A stretch of 63,190 bases of DNA, filler included. It is 10 parts of 10 records of this genome, joined end to end, with 100 filler letters (N's around TTAATTAATTAA, not from the genome) between each part and the next. Parts side by side here need not be neighbours in the genome. Positions count along the whole stretch, not along the records: positions 31,770 to 45,246 come from SRR7504441_12092; positions 45,347 to 50,488 come from SRR7504441_12097; 8 more parts are not named here. One strand, written 5' to 3'. The notes under the pieces were generated by a model, which did no database searches, was not told the DNA's origin, and saw nothing but the letters and a program-made list of their open reading frames with translations. Of this stretch, positions 35,011 through 46,487 are shown one piece after another. The position numbers were made by a program, and so were the translations under genes. The first letter of the stretch is position 1. Each line of letters begins with the position of its first letter.

Positions 35011-36257
35011 ATGCAGCACTGGCACTGGCTCGCGGGCCGAGGCCGGGCCGGGCTGGTGGCGCTGCTCTCTGTGGTGGCGTGCTTCGTGCTCTGGAACCTG
35101 GCGCCCGGCCGCCCGGTCAGCCGCGGCATCTGGGTCCGCGGGGGAAGCTACTGGGAGCCGATGGACGTGCTGGATGCGGCGGCCCTCACGCCAGATCGGT
35201 TCGAGCGCGAGTACGTGCAGGCCGGCAGGCCGCTGGTCATCCAGAACGATCCCGGAGCGCGTGCGCTGCGGGAGGCGTTCTCGCTGGACGTGCTGCTCGA
35301 CAAGTGCGGGGGCGGGCCGCCGGAGCTGGGCCGGCGGCTGGTGGACGTGCTCGAGGCCTTCCCGCCGGCGGTGAAGCAGGACTTGTCGGCGCGACTGGAG
35401 GAGACTCACCAGATTACGCTGAGCGAGGCGATCTCGGTGCTCCGGAGCGATGGGCCTGTGAAGACGCTGCGGCAATTCTTTGAATCGAGCGGATACTTTA
35501 AGGCAGTGGAAACGGCACAGGACCCGCGATTCCCGAATGCCAAGAAGGACTGGTCGCACGTTGCTGACTACCTGTGGCCGCCCAGCATCCACAGCTGGCC
35601 AATAAACCTGCACTGCCCTGCACTGCGCGACGCGATAGCCGAAGTATACAAAGAGACACCAGTAGGGTTCCTGCCGACAATCACCGAACCACTCCACCCC
35701 ATGCGCATAGACGGTCGCCCGGCCTAGCAAGCTAGCACTGACTTGGTGCGCCTGGTGCAGACTTTTACCTCTTCGCGTCGGGTGACCAGTGCAGGGCATA
35801 CCATCCGCACAGACATGGCAAGCCCAACCACGTTATGATGGTGCTTCTTCAGGGTGAGAAGCAACTAGTTACCTGGCCCTGGGAAGAGGCCGACAACCTC
35901 TACCCAGTCATGAGCGGTCTGATTCCAGCCAACGATATCAAGGAAGTTACCCCGATCTTTCTAGCAGATGGGTTCAACGTCGATTTGACTCGGCAGCCTG
36001 ACTTGGCCAAAGCGAAGGGCGGGCTGCACGGAGTCGCAGGCCCGGGGGACTTGTTGTTTATTCCTTGCGGCTTGGTGCACACCCTCGCGAACCTGGGCGA
36101 CATGGTAGCCATTGCGTGGATCCCGACTAACGTCCCGGATTCGCGCATCCAAAAGTTGCATGATTGCCCGAATCAAAATGGCAAGGGCTACGAGAACGAC
36201 GAGAACGAAGGCACGGATGATGAGGACGACACGGATGAAGAGACTCCATTCACTTGA
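35011..36257 (+). CDS. JmjC/cupin-8-like protein with N-terminal signal anchor; one intron near 35714-35760
   Basis: FEREYVQAGRPLVI, YHPHRHG..MVLLQGEK, PGDLLFIPCGLVHTLANL. Confidence 0.75.
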
Positions 36258-36438
36258 ATAAGTCTTTATTGGTAAACTAAAATAATGTTAGGTCAATGTT
36301 AGGTTCTAAATTACTCGTCTCTACAGTATTGCAGCCACCCAGCCGACCCAAGCGCATGCACTGCTGGGGCCGGGCAAAAGTAACGGAAGTAACATATTTG
36401 GATCTCTGAGCTCGGGAGACTCGGGACGGTGCTGGCCG

Positions 36439-36693
36439 ATGGCCCCCCTGAAGCACCCGGCGCACCGGCCGTTCGAGAGCTGGGAGCTGGGCAGAGACAC
36501 CCGGACCCGGCCGCTACCCTATGCGGCGCCGGTGCCCTTCGTGGCTATGGCCAAGCCAGTGACCGAGACGCACTGTCCGCACGGCCCTTGGAAGCAGCGC
36601 GATGTGCGCAACAAGTATCGGACAGCAAAGCTGGCCGACCCACTGTTTAAGCGCTCCCAGGGAACTGAGATTGGCTGGTGGGCCCGTCGCTAG
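36439..36693 (+). CDS. Small basic hypothetical protein (84 aa)
   Basis: ATG ORF with GC3-biased codons. The C-terminal EIGW motif is reminiscent of ciliary microtubule-inner proteins (inference). Confidence 0.5.
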   Translation: MAPLKHPAHRPFESWELGRDTRTRPLPYAAPVPFVAMAKPVTETHCPHGPWKQRDVRNKYRTAKLADPLFKRSQGTEIGWWARR

Positions 36694-37214
36694 AATTGAT
36701 GCTGTCTCATAGTCTGTCTTTGTTTAAGTTTCGCCTCAAACTGTAGGAAGTTCCCAACTGCATTGGCGGATATTCCAGCCTTCATTAGTGCAGTAGTCTT
36801 CTTCACGCACTCCTGTTCATCCTCGGCCTTACCACATTTTTTGCGCATAGAGTGTGTGCTTTCTAATAGCTTCTCGGTATGTCGATGGGCTGCCTTGGTA
36901 ATCATGCGCGTTTTATGAAGGAAGCATGCCGCAAGCTTCTCTCCGACTTTGCTGCTAGCTGGAGTCTTCTTGGTGTTCCTGGTGAAGCTATTAAAAAATA
37001 TACTCCGGTCCTGAGCTGTCAGCTCGGCGCATGGATTGCTGGTGCCCGATGGCGTTTCTTGCACAGCAGGATCGCGCTGAGTTGAGCCAGTTGGACAACT
37101 GCCTTGACCGACGCTGAATCCGGCGATGAAACTGTCGGCCGGCGATGAAACTCCGGAAGAATTGGCCACCGAGATCAGCAACAGCACAGCGACGGCTGTG
37201 ACAGGCCCGCGCAT
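36690..37214 (-). CDS. Small secreted hypothetical protein
   Basis: Signal peptide MRGPVTAVAVLLLISVANS; five Cys; lies divergent to the protease gene. Confidence 0.55.
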   Translation of the reverse strand: MRGPVTAVAVLLLISVANSSGVSSPADSFIAGFSVGQGSCPTGSTQRDPAVQETPSGTSNPCAELTAQDRSIFFNSFTRNTKKTPASSKVGEKLAACFLHKTRMITKAAHRHTEKLLESTHSMRKKCGKAEDEQECVKKTTALMKAGISANAVGNFLQFEAKLKQRQTMRQHQF

Positions 37215-37323
37215 TTCTCGATCTGCGCTCTGGGAATCAGCGCGGCACTCCCGACGAGCGGGCCACCCACCGATCAGCACAGATCTCGTTCCGTGTCACA
37301 CAGCACGGCAACGGCAAGGCAGC

Positions 37324-38244
37324 ATGGCGGCTTTCCGGCTCACTCTACTTACCATTGTGGTAGCTGTTGCGGCGGGCCGGGTGCGGACTGATCTGAGGCC
37401 CGACGGTCTCCCCGTCCAGCTGCGCCCCCCCGGGGCGATGGCGGCTGAGCTAGCCCTGCACGCCGCCCGCAGCCTGCAGTCTGCCGAGTACACCCGGGGG
37501 GAGGTGGACCGCGCGCTGGCCCAGGGGGTAGACTGGTTCACCAAAGGGGCGGTCACGCCAGCCAAGGACCAGGGCGCGCTCGGGTACTGCGGAACATTCG
37601 GGCGGACGGCCGCCGCAGAAGGGCAGTTTGCAATCCACGCGGGACATGGACTGCGCAACTTCTCCGAGGAGGAGCTTGTGGACTGCATCGGGTGGGACAA
37701 GGACCAGTTTGACTACTTCGCCGCGCACGGATTCATGGATAGCGCAGACTACCCATACAATGGGACCGGGAGCAACCAAGACCCCCCGATCCCTGGCCGG
37801 CCGTGCCGGTATGAGCGGGCTAAGGTAATTCCAGGCACGGCGTATGGCAATTTCACTCAAAGCATTGCGGTTGCTCACGGAGACGAGGAGCAGCTGGCTG
37901 CGTGGGTGTTTCACAACGGCCCGGTGAACACGGGGATCGACGCCACTGTGTTCGGGCTGAGGCTCAAGGGCTGCGAGGCGACTGGTGATTGCTTTATCAC
38001 CAGCGAAATGTGTGACAACTCGACCGCCGGGATAGATCACTCGATCACGATCACCGGGTTTGGAACAGATCCAGTCCGGGGAGATTACTGGCTCGTGAAG
38101 AATTCGTGGTCGACTGCTTTCGCAAACCATGGGTTCATCAAAGTTGCCCGGGGTTACAACAGATCTGGTCATCCAGATGGGTGTGCGCACATCGGCTGTT
38201 GCGGCTGGGTGCCATGCTATGGAGATTGCCCTCACGCGGTGTAG
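37324..38244 (+). CDS. Papain-family (C1A) cysteine peptidase, atypical
   Basis: VDW..GAVTPAKDQG..YC, FSEEELVDC, DHSITITGFG, YWLVKNSW; signal peptide. Confidence 0.88.
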   Translation: MAAFRLTLLTIVVAVAAGRVRTDLRPDGLPVQLRPPGAMAAELALHAARSLQSAEYTRGEVDRALAQGVDWFTKGAVTPAKDQGALGYCGTFGRTAAAEGQFAIHAGHGLRNFSEEELVDCIGWDKDQFDYFAAHGFMDSADYPYNGTGSNQDPPIPGRPCRYERAKVIPGTAYGNFTQSIAVAHGDEEQLAAWVFHNGPVNTGIDATVFGLRLKGCEATGDCFITSEMCDNSTAGIDHSITITGFGTDPVRGDYWLVKNSWSTAFANHGFIKVARGYNRSGHPDGCAHIGCCGWVPCYGDCPHAV

Positions 38245-38275
38245 TCTACTGAACGGATCAAATAAATGTACTGAA

Positions 38276-39437
38276 CTACACAGTACTATACGAAATTGAC
38301 TTGTTATGACTCACCCGCGGCTGCCTCTTTCTCGTCCTCCTTTCGCTGAGCCTCACGGAGCTGCTCCTTGAGCAACTCGATCTTCTCATCCTGGGTCTCA
38401 GGCGGCGCGGCCACGGGTTCTGCAGGGCTCTCCTCCGGACCCGGTGCGTACTCGGCCTGTTCAACAAACTAATCACAAGGCGACCCGAAGGAGCCTCACT
38501 GGCATGGTTGCATCGAGGGCAGCCGGCTCTTCAGCCTCAGCGGCCACTGCGGCGGCTGCTTCTCGCCCCGCTTCTTCAACTAGAGCTTTGGCTTTGGCTG
38601 CTGCAGCGGCCCGAGTCGCTTCCCGCTCCGCGCGCTCCTTGTCGTAATCTGCTTGGAAGTTACCCTGGCGGTCCGCTGATATAGCTGGTCAACATGACCC
38701 GCACTGCAACAATCATAGACACCAAATTTGGCTCTGCTGGACTGCCTTTTGCAGCATCGTCAAACTCGAACACAGCCTTGGCAGGTCCGGCATCATCCCT
38801 GGCCTGGCCCTGCATACACTCCTCAGCTCCCACTTTTGGACAGCAGTTACTTTTGGGCCCGCGGGCTCGGCTTGATTTCGATTAGGGCAAGATATATCGT
38901 GCGAAGGTGGGTCGCAGGAAGGCTTGCATCCCGAATTCACAGCTGGTTTTGCTGTTCTTTGCTTGCCTGCAGATGCTCGCTTAACTGGTGCCGCCCTCTT
39001 CCTGGCGGCTTCGTCCTTTTCTTGCCTGGTGGCCTCTCGTTCCGCTTCGATCGTGGCTATCCGATCCACCGACGCCTTCGTGGTCTTGGATGCCACTCCA
39101 AACAGAGGCGGGGGCTGGCGTCCCGCCTCTCGGTCTGAGTTTAGTTTTTCCCTCACTCCACCGCCCGCTTAAACTTTGCTTGCTCGTGATCAAAGTTAGG
39201 CACCGGCCGCACTTGCGACTGGTGCTCCATCCGTGCCGCTGCCGTCGCCTGAGCCTCCGCCTCGGCCGCCTCGCGCTTCATTCTCTTGAGCTGCCGGGCC
39301 GGACTCACATGGCAGCTAACATTACACGCCCGCCTCTTCGCGCTGATCGAACTTGAACGGCTGCCTCCTCGAGCTGATCTCCTCCTTCGCAATCTACCCA
39401 ATGCCTCACGTCCGGATTCGGTTAGGCACGGCACCAT
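38276..39437 (-). CDS. Hypothetical charged/coiled-coil protein with several introns
   Basis: Successive minus-strand ORF pieces (KREAAEAEAQ..RPVPNFDHEQAKF; EAEREATRQEK). Exon structure and start not resolved. Confidence 0.4.
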
Positions 39438-40200
39438 CTTGCGCGCTTCCCGCGGCCAGTGGCACGAAGAGGACCCGGAGGCCCGGCTGGCCGATCTGGT
39501 GGACCAGATCGAGGCCTGCCAGGGGACCCCGCGCCCGCAGCCCACCCCAGACGATAGCCCACTGTCGCCAGTGTCCCCACTGCTCTCCACGAGGTGCGCC
39601 TGGTCGGCACCGTGGCGCTCACCGCCCGGCTGCAGGCGGATATCGGCCCATAAGAACCAGATCGCCCGCCTGCTCGAGTCAACACGCAAAAGGTCGCCGA
39701 CTCGCGGGGGCGGTGCGGCGGCTGGGCCCCGGGCCCGGTCCGCGGTCGACCGCCGGCCGCGCTGGGACGGCTCTAGCAAGGTGGTCCCGCAGGCGGGATC
39801 CCCTGTCGGTCTGAGAAAGACGGTCACACAAAGAATGATAGCGTTCGAACTCAAAAAGGGATGGTTGACAGGCAGGCGTGGCGATGACGGCGGCAATCTG
39901 GCGGCTGTGAAGGACAGACTTCTAAACCTATTAGTAGATACCAGCAGTACACTGTATGATGGCTTGACCACTCTCCTTTTAGACTCACGGTACTTGCTCT
40001 ACGATGGTGAGGATCCAGGAGTGACTGAGGCACGGGTGGCCCTCGGTGGAAGTGACACACGCATTGATGAAAGTCTGATGCAATACATAGGTCTCGGAGT
40101 TTTCATTGCTCTTCCAGCATGTTGTTGCTGTTACACGCTTTTGACAGAGTACCTCGATCGACGAGCACAAAGACTTTCTTATTTGACTAGGTTTGACTGA
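39401..40200 (+). CDS. Hypothetical protein with a C-terminal TM helix
   Basis: ORF ends IGLGVFIALPACCCCYTLL followed by a short tail; 5' structure uncertain. Confidence 0.4.
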
Positions 40201-40498
40201 ATTGTCTACATTATTTAAATAGATCTTGTATCAAGAAGGATATAGGTACACTTTAGGTACACTCATTCGTGAAGTCGAGCCTAGGCCACATATTAACCGG
40301 AGGTCTTGTATTAGTCTTGTATAAAGAAGGAGATTGCATTGATTGTCGTGTGGCCAAGTGGGCACAGGTTAGCTCAAAACAGCGTAACTGAAAAATCGAG
40401 AGTGATGTATATACATGTACATGACTTGTACACTGTCCACAATCATGATCATAGCTATAATAAAGTCTTCGATTTGAAAATCATCGCAGTGCAGAGAT

Positions 40499-43018
40499 CT
40501 ACTGGTAATCTACTGGAACTTGAAAGAAATCTCGGGCATCGGTCATGCCTTGGAAGCGCAATGCACCATCGAGTACCGACCCGTCCCAGCAATCAATGTA
40601 CTCGCAATGTCGCGACAGTTCAGCATTGCTCATCAAACAACTTGCTTCCTGCCAGAGCACGACCTGCGATCCTAGAGCCGGCCACTGCTCACACAACTTG
40701 AGCAGCTCCTCGACGGCAGAACTCTCGGTCTCGCCATGCGCCTGCTCCATGAGCACACAGTCCTGCACTGCACTCACAAGAAACTTGTGGTTGAACAATC
40801 TGGCCGCCACAAGCCCAGAACGAAAACCAACGCCGCAGAGAACACACACCGGTGCAGGCAAAATGCAGAGAGATGGCACCCGCAGAGTCCGACACCAGTT
40901 AGTGAGTGACTGTCGGACCTCCACTGAGAAGCTCAGTTCCATGGGCTCTGCAATCAGCACTGGGAACTCTGCAACTGTTGTTGAATCGTGTGGATATGCT
41001 CGTACCCTGCTGTTGTGACCGACAAACTTGTCAATTCCCCAACCAATTGCTGCCGAGTACCCCTCAGCGTCCACGGTACACAACCCAGCCTCGTCGAGCT
41101 GGAGCACTTGGCGTGCCTTTTTTACCCCCCGATAGTGTGTATCCCCAACCTCATCGCCGACCAGATGTTGCTTCAGCCCTGAGCCTGCGCCCCAGAGGTG
41201 GCCCATGGATCTGGCGACCAGTGCGGGGCATTTCTTCCTCCGGAGCTCCTTGCCATCGAACCAGCCAAACTCCATGTCAGTGAACCCGACGTGGAGACAG
41301 AGTGGCTGGAAGTATAACTCGGCGATCCGGCGGGCTCGATAGCGGGCATACCAGTCCACAAGATGAGGCGGGACCTTCACCCTGATTCCACCACGACACG
41401 CCCTAGATTTGGCCATCTGCGTATCAACATGGAGCCGCTGGATCGTCATCTGCATGTGCGACACAAGCGCCTTCGCGCCATAGGCGGCCCAGTAGTCTCT
41501 GCTCTTTTTGAGCTTGACAACCTTAGGCTCGGACCCAGGGCTGAGCGTAAGCGTGAACCCTTCGCAAGTCTCTTGGCCATATTGGCTGGTTCCGCGATCC
41601 ACCAGCAGCTCCGACTCGGCGGTGAGCTCCCACTTCAGATCGTCTGCGGAGAGCAACTCGTCGTCCGCCGAGAGTTCTGTGGGCGCAAAATGAACCGTTT
41701 CTTGGCTCATCTCGAGCCTACCAGCGACATCAACAAACAGCACCTCCAACTCCACACTTATTCCTTGCTCAAACTCGTAATTAGCAAGCGCAGGAGCCCA
41801 CTGGCTAGCCTTGGAGGGCAAAAGCCTGAAATCAGCCGGAGAAAGTGTTTGCTCCAAACCAATATTTGCTCCCCACCGCTGGTAGAATAGCCCCGACCAG
41901 GGCTCACCATCCCTGGCCACCTGGCACCACGTGATAGACACCTCGGACAGCATGTTTAGCTCTCTCGGCCCGAGCCACCCAAGTAGATGCATCAGCATCT
42001 GGAGCGGCAGCGCGGGACTCCAGCTGTCTCCAAGTTCGAGCCTGCGCTCGTGCAGCAGTGAGGGCAGTTCTGCCTGGATCTCCATGGCTGCCAAATAGCT
42101 CTGGGTCGACTCGGCCGGCCGACCTTGCTGTTGCTCGTCAATCGACTGCTGGTACAGTCTTTCGGCTTCAATGTATCGAGGGTTGTCACGGTAAGAAGGC
42201 TGGAGCGCTCTCATCGGAGTGCATCGCTCAAACATGATGTCGCTCCGCAGAATGTATTTGGTCCCTGACAGCACGGTGCAGCCCTTGTGCAGAGCGTCGT
42301 GATTGAACACCACCGCCATGCCGCGTTTGGGATGCACAGTCACCGGAGGGAACCGAGCCCCATCCGCACCGGAGAGTTCGAGTGCCCCTCCCGTGAATTC
42401 GCCACCGGCACCTTCGAGCAGGGCGCCCGACCCGTGAACACCCGAATCATTCAAGTAGAGTGAGATCGTGTACACCGACCGGTGGTCGTCAGTCACCACG
42501 AATCCGCCGTCTCGGTGCGTCTCAAACTTGCCCCCGGATGTATACTTGGAAAGCCTCACGCACGGGTTTACCCCCACTGGCCGCCACACGCCCTCGTTGC
42601 CGAACCCGTACGGCCGAGCCATCACGTCCTCGCGGGTGAGCACGGGTACGATGCGGGACCAGAGCACCTCGGCGAGCGAGGGGCTCATGGCCACTAGCCG
42701 CTCGCAGTCCCGGTACTCTTTTGCGTACTCCCAGGCCACCGAACTGAACCCGATCTGCTCGGCCTGCTCCACCAGCCAGCCGGCTTCGGCGGTCGAGACC
42801 AGCGAGTCCAGCTGGAAGCAGCGGGCCCCGTTCACCGGCAGGTCGGTGCGGCAGGCTCGGTCGGGCCCGGGGATCTGCTCCGGCCAGGCCGGCAGACTGG
42901 GGTAGTCCGCGATGCTGTAGGCGTGCCGGACCTGCCCGATCATCGCGGGCGGCGGGCCCGGGACACGCGTGCTCGTCGGAGACTCAGTTGCTGGCATAGA
43001 TCTGCCGGAGCCCATCAT
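40499..43018 (-). CDS. Fusion protein: prolyl-4-hydroxylase-like 2OG-Fe(II) oxygenase + F-box + partial actin-like domain
   Basis: FETHRDG..YTISLYLND..FTGGAL..LHKG..GTKYILRSDIMF (oxygenase); LPLQMLMHLLGWLGPRELNMLSEVSITW (F-box); CPALVAR..VGDE..FPVLIAEP..VPSLCILPAPVCVLCGVGFRSGLV (actin-like). Confidence 0.8.
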   Translation of the reverse strand: MMGSGRSMPATESPTSTRVPGPPPAMIGQVRHAYSIADYPSLPAWPEQIPGPDRACRTDLPVNGARCFQLDSLVSTAEAGWLVEQAEQIGFSSVAWEYAKEYRDCERLVAMSPSLAEVLWSRIVPVLTREDVMARPYGFGNEGVWRPVGVNPCVRLSKYTSGGKFETHRDGGFVVTDDHRSVYTISLYLNDSGVHGSGALLEGAGGEFTGGALELSGADGARFPPVTVHPKRGMAVVFNHDALHKGCTVLSGTKYILRSDIMFERCTPMRALQPSYRDNPRYIEAERLYQQSIDEQQQGRPAESTQSYLAAMEIQAELPSLLHERRLELGDSWSPALPLQMLMHLLGWLGPRELNMLSEVSITWCQVARDGEPWSGLFYQRWGANIGLEQTLSPADFRLLPSKASQWAPALANYEFEQGISVELEVLFVDVAGRLEMSQETVHFAPTELSADDELLSADDLKWELTAESELLVDRGTSQYGQETCEGFTLTLSPGSEPKVVKLKKSRDYWAAYGAKALVSHMQMTIQRLHVDTQMAKSRACRGGIRVKVPPHLVDWYARYRARRIAELYFQPLCLHVGFTDMEFGWFDGKELRRKKCPALVARSMGHLWGAGSGLKQHLVGDEVGDTHYRGVKKARQVLQLDEAGLCTVDAEGYSAAIGWGIDKFVGHNSRVRAYPHDSTTVAEFPVLIAEPMELSFSVEVRQSLTNWCRTLRVPSLCILPAPVCVLCGVGFRSGLVAARLFNHKFLVSAVQDCVLMEQAHGETESSAVEELLKLCEQWPALGSQVVLWQEASCLMSNAELSRHCEYIDCWDGSVLDGALRFQGMTDARDFFQVPVDYQ

Positions 43019-43063
43019 AGACCGCGGGAGCGTCTGCGGACAACAGGCAGCCGTTGGTGCAAG

Positions 43064-44730
43064 ATGGCGAAGAAGAAGAAGAAGGGCGCCAAGAAGGCGC
43101 CGGCGAGCAGGGCCAGCAGGCTATCCACCAAGAACGAGGCTGAGCCTGCGGCCGAGCCTGCCACTGAGCCATCCTCCCCGCTGGTGGAGGACGACAACGA
43201 ACTGCTCGAGCTCAACTCGCAGCTCCACCAGATGCAGCAGGTGGCGCTTGCCACCCGGGCTGGCCCACCCCCGGGGGCAGGCGCTGCTCACCTCTCCCAA
43301 GCACAAGCGCGCCGAATTAAAGCACGAAGCAGCCCGGCTCGATTCGCTGGTGTTTGCTCTGCCTGCCGCGCTGAGCTCCGCGGCAGATCCGCCGCAAGCA
43401 CGCACACCGGAAGGAGACCCCTCCCGCCCCGGCGAGCTCTGACCCGAGCCCCATTCCCGACGGGTGCACTTCCAGCAAGCCGGGCTCGGACCACCAGCCC
43501 GGCCAGAGCGCGCCGACTGGCCAGGTCCCGCGGCAGTGTTCAGTGGTGGTGGACGAGCTGCGGTCGGACTTGCGCCCAGCGCTGTGCAAGGGAATGGGCT
43601 TGTCCATGATCTGCACCGGATCCGGCCTTTCAGCGCTGAGACAGGACTGCAGCCGCTCCTCTCTTGAAGCTGTCCGACAGATGCTTTCTACAGACGCCCG
43701 GCCGCTCGAGGTCCACTTCCAGCACCCGAGCTCGCACGCTCTGGTGGCGCATCGATTTGACGAGGTCGGTCCGCTCGGGATTAAGATCGTGGGTTGCGAC
43801 GAGGCTGATGAGTATGAGCCAGCCTCGCCCCGGTTATCGTATCCGGACGAGTATGAGCTGGTGGAGCCAGCCTCGCCCAGGCAGACGCGGCCAGTGCCTG
43901 TCCCTGGTTCCGAGAGGGCGTGGTTCAGAAGCGTACCAGCAGCGGCCGATCGGGCGAGTACCAGGTTACGCAGCATACATCACAAGATTGCGCAGCGGCT
44001 CGGTCACTTGGCCCGAAGTGATTCGTTTGCCACGAGCGCACCGGTGCTTGCCCAGGTGCTAGATCAGAAGGATGTGGTGAGGCAAAGCGGCTTCCCAGAG
44101 ATTCGGCGCATGCGACTCAAGATGAAGCAGATGTATCTCGAGCCGGTGGGCAACGGCTCTGTCTGGCCCATAGTTATGCTTTCGGTGTGCAGGGGCTGTC
44201 CCCCAGGCTGTCTGAGTTGGGCAAGGCGTGTGCGCACAGATTGCAGGGGCTGCAGGACAGCTGGACGGCTGAGCAAGTCGGATCGTGGCTGCAGGCCTGT
44301 GGATGGCCCGACCTTGCCCGCGCGGCAGTGGAGGCCTTACTGGATGGGACGCGTCTGCACGGTGACCAAATTACTAGCAGCTAGTGCTTACTCTTGTGCA
44401 GACGTGCTGCGCTCGAACGATCCACGAGCCAGACTTGCTGGAGCGCTAGGACAAGACATTGACAAATTGCCCGATGATCTGGTGCTGGAGGTCTGCAGGC
44501 TGTTCCATGCTGCTAACGCGGGTGGCCTGTCCACTGAGCCCTCATTGCATTTGATTTGTGTGCGCTTGCAGGTCAAATCCGGCGACTTCAATGCTTTTAC
44601 CGACGTCGCCTAAGCAAGCAGAGGAAACGCGCAGCTGCGAAGAGAGAGGAGTTGCAGATTCGAAAGATCTTAGAGCTTGAGAGTGCTAGTGGTAAGAAAG
44701 TTGAAATGATTGATTGATAATTATACGACT
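43064..44730 (+). CDS. Hypothetical protein with a SAM-like domain and a possible PDZ-like segment; introns
   Basis: MAKKKKKG start; WTAEQVGSWLQACGWPDLA..LDGTRL (SAM, ~44260-44360); RPLEVHF..GPLGIKI. The 3' end is approximate. Confidence 0.5.
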
Positions 44731-44759
44731 TAGTGACGTTTATTTGCTCCCGTACTTAA

Positions 44760-45246
44760 TCACTCGGTGGGCTCGGGATCTGTCATCTTCGCGAGCACCC
44801 GCTTCCAAAACCCCCCGTCGGCCCGCTCTACCGCAACCTCACACCCGCTGCCCTCGATACTATGCCAGGCGGGAGGGGATGCCCGTGGCCCGCTCGCCTC
44901 ACCCGCGGCTGGCACCTGCGCCTCCTTAGCCCAGCCAACGGCCTGGTGCGCCTGTCGAGGCGGCGGCTGCCATCCCATTAAGTGGCACTGAACGCTCATC
45001 AGCTCCTCGTTTGCCTGCGTCCGCTCGGCCGAGCCCAGGCCACTGGCCCACCGCGTGCATCTGCTCGACCGCCCGATCCCGGGCCTCCACCGCCCGATCG
45101 CGCTCCTCCCGCACTCGCGCCAGCTCGTCGTCCACGGATGATCCGTCACGCGGCAAGCTGTCGGGCGGGAGGCCGCTGTCGGGCGGGGCAGCGCCCTCCG
45201 GTGGGGTCCAGCTGGACTCCCCAGAGATGTGATTGAACCAGTACGG
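44760..45246 (-). CDS. 3' fragment of a WW-domain protein
   Basis: The reverse strand at the contig edge reads PYWFNHISGESSWTPP, followed by a short coiled coil; end approximate. Confidence 0.6.
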
Positions 45247-45566
45247 NNNNNNNNNNNNNNNNNNNNNNNNNNNNNNNNNNNNNNNNNNNNTTAATTAATT
45301 AANNNNNNNNNNNNNNNNNNNNNNNNNNNNNNNNNNNNNNNNNNNNTCCGAAGTTGCGGGAAGAAAGAGAAATTCAGCACAGCCCGCTATTTTTCACGCA
45401 TGTCTGATGGTAGCACGTATCAAAATACTAAACAAGGAGGACTAGAACAGCATCTTTATGCAACCGAGGAGTCGATCACGGGTAGATCACGGGGCATTAT
45501 CCGATGGCATACGCAGTAACGGTGCAGAGTAACCCGACGGGTCAATCACTTAGTCAATCACTCAAA

Positions 45567-46487
45567 TCACGCAGTCCTTGACATCAAAACCACCGACTGG
45601 CGTATCGTATCGCAATCCCTCCTGAGTTGATCTACGTTAAAACTCCGTTGATCCCACAGCATCCCATGCCGGGACGGAATCGAAGCAGTCTCGGATTTGA
45701 TGCTTGCCACTCCGGCCTTCAGGCTGGCTAACCCAGACATCACCGAAGCGACCGTCGCATGCTTTTCCATCACCTCTGAAGCCAGCGGCCCCAGGGCCCC
45801 GCACTGGCCGGCCTGCTGAGCCTGCTGCGTCCGCTGGCGAGATTGATCACAAAACTGCTCCATCGCCAGCTTCAGCCTGCCAGTCTCCTCTTGAAAAGCC
45901 TGCACGGACTCCTCATCCGCGGGCTCCTCGGGCGCCCCCGTCAACTCCGGCATGGCCGCCAGCCTCGCCACCGCGCCCTCCAGCTCGGCGCACACCAGCC
46001 GTGCCGAGCCCAGCGTCGCCGGTTCACTCGCCATCTCCTTGGGACCGGGCAGACTCCCGTCCGGTTCGAAAAAGCCGTTGCCCAGCTCGCCCACCCGGCG
46101 GATGAGCTTGCCGTCGTGCTCACTCCGCTGGTTTAGACCCTCCGGATCGTCGGCTCGGTCCATGCTTTGGACGAGGTCGGCCAGATCGCTAATGAAGCTG
46201 AGCGAGCTCTGCTCAGTGCACAGGCCTTCTAGCAGGCTGGGCAGGTCCGGGGCCCCGGGGGCGTACGAGTCGCGCCAAAGTGTGAGCAGCACGCACGTCT
46301 GCTCCAGACGCGTCATCTTGAGCTCCGGGGCCTCGTCGGTGCGACTAGCCTCCCCGCGCTCGATCCGGCCGATGAGCCAGTCCAACAGCGATAACCGGGC
46401 GGGACCCGGCTCGATCATCGAGCGGCCGTCCAGGCAGAGCGGGCAGCCCATCCGCTCCAGCCGGAGCGCAAGACCCACCTCGTCCAT
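45567..46487 (-). CDS. Helical protein, possibly augmin subunit HAUS7/AUG7-like
   Basis: LERMGCP..GPARLSLLDWL and a downstream coiled coil resemble HAUS7; weak match from memory. Confidence 0.4.
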   Translation of the reverse strand: MDEVGLALRLERMGCPLCLDGRSMIEPGPARLSLLDWLIGRIERGEASRTDEAPELKMTRLEQTCVLLTLWRDSYAPGAPDLPSLLEGLCTEQSSLSFISDLADLVQSMDRADDPEGLNQRSEHDGKLIRRVGELGNGFFEPDGSLPGPKEMASEPATLGSARLVCAELEGAVARLAAMPELTGAPEEPADEESVQAFQEETGRLKLAMEQFCDQSRQRTQQAQQAGQCGALGPLASEVMEKHATVASVMSGLASLKAGVASIKSETASIPSRHGMLWDQRSFNVDQLRRDCDTIRQSVVLMSRTA

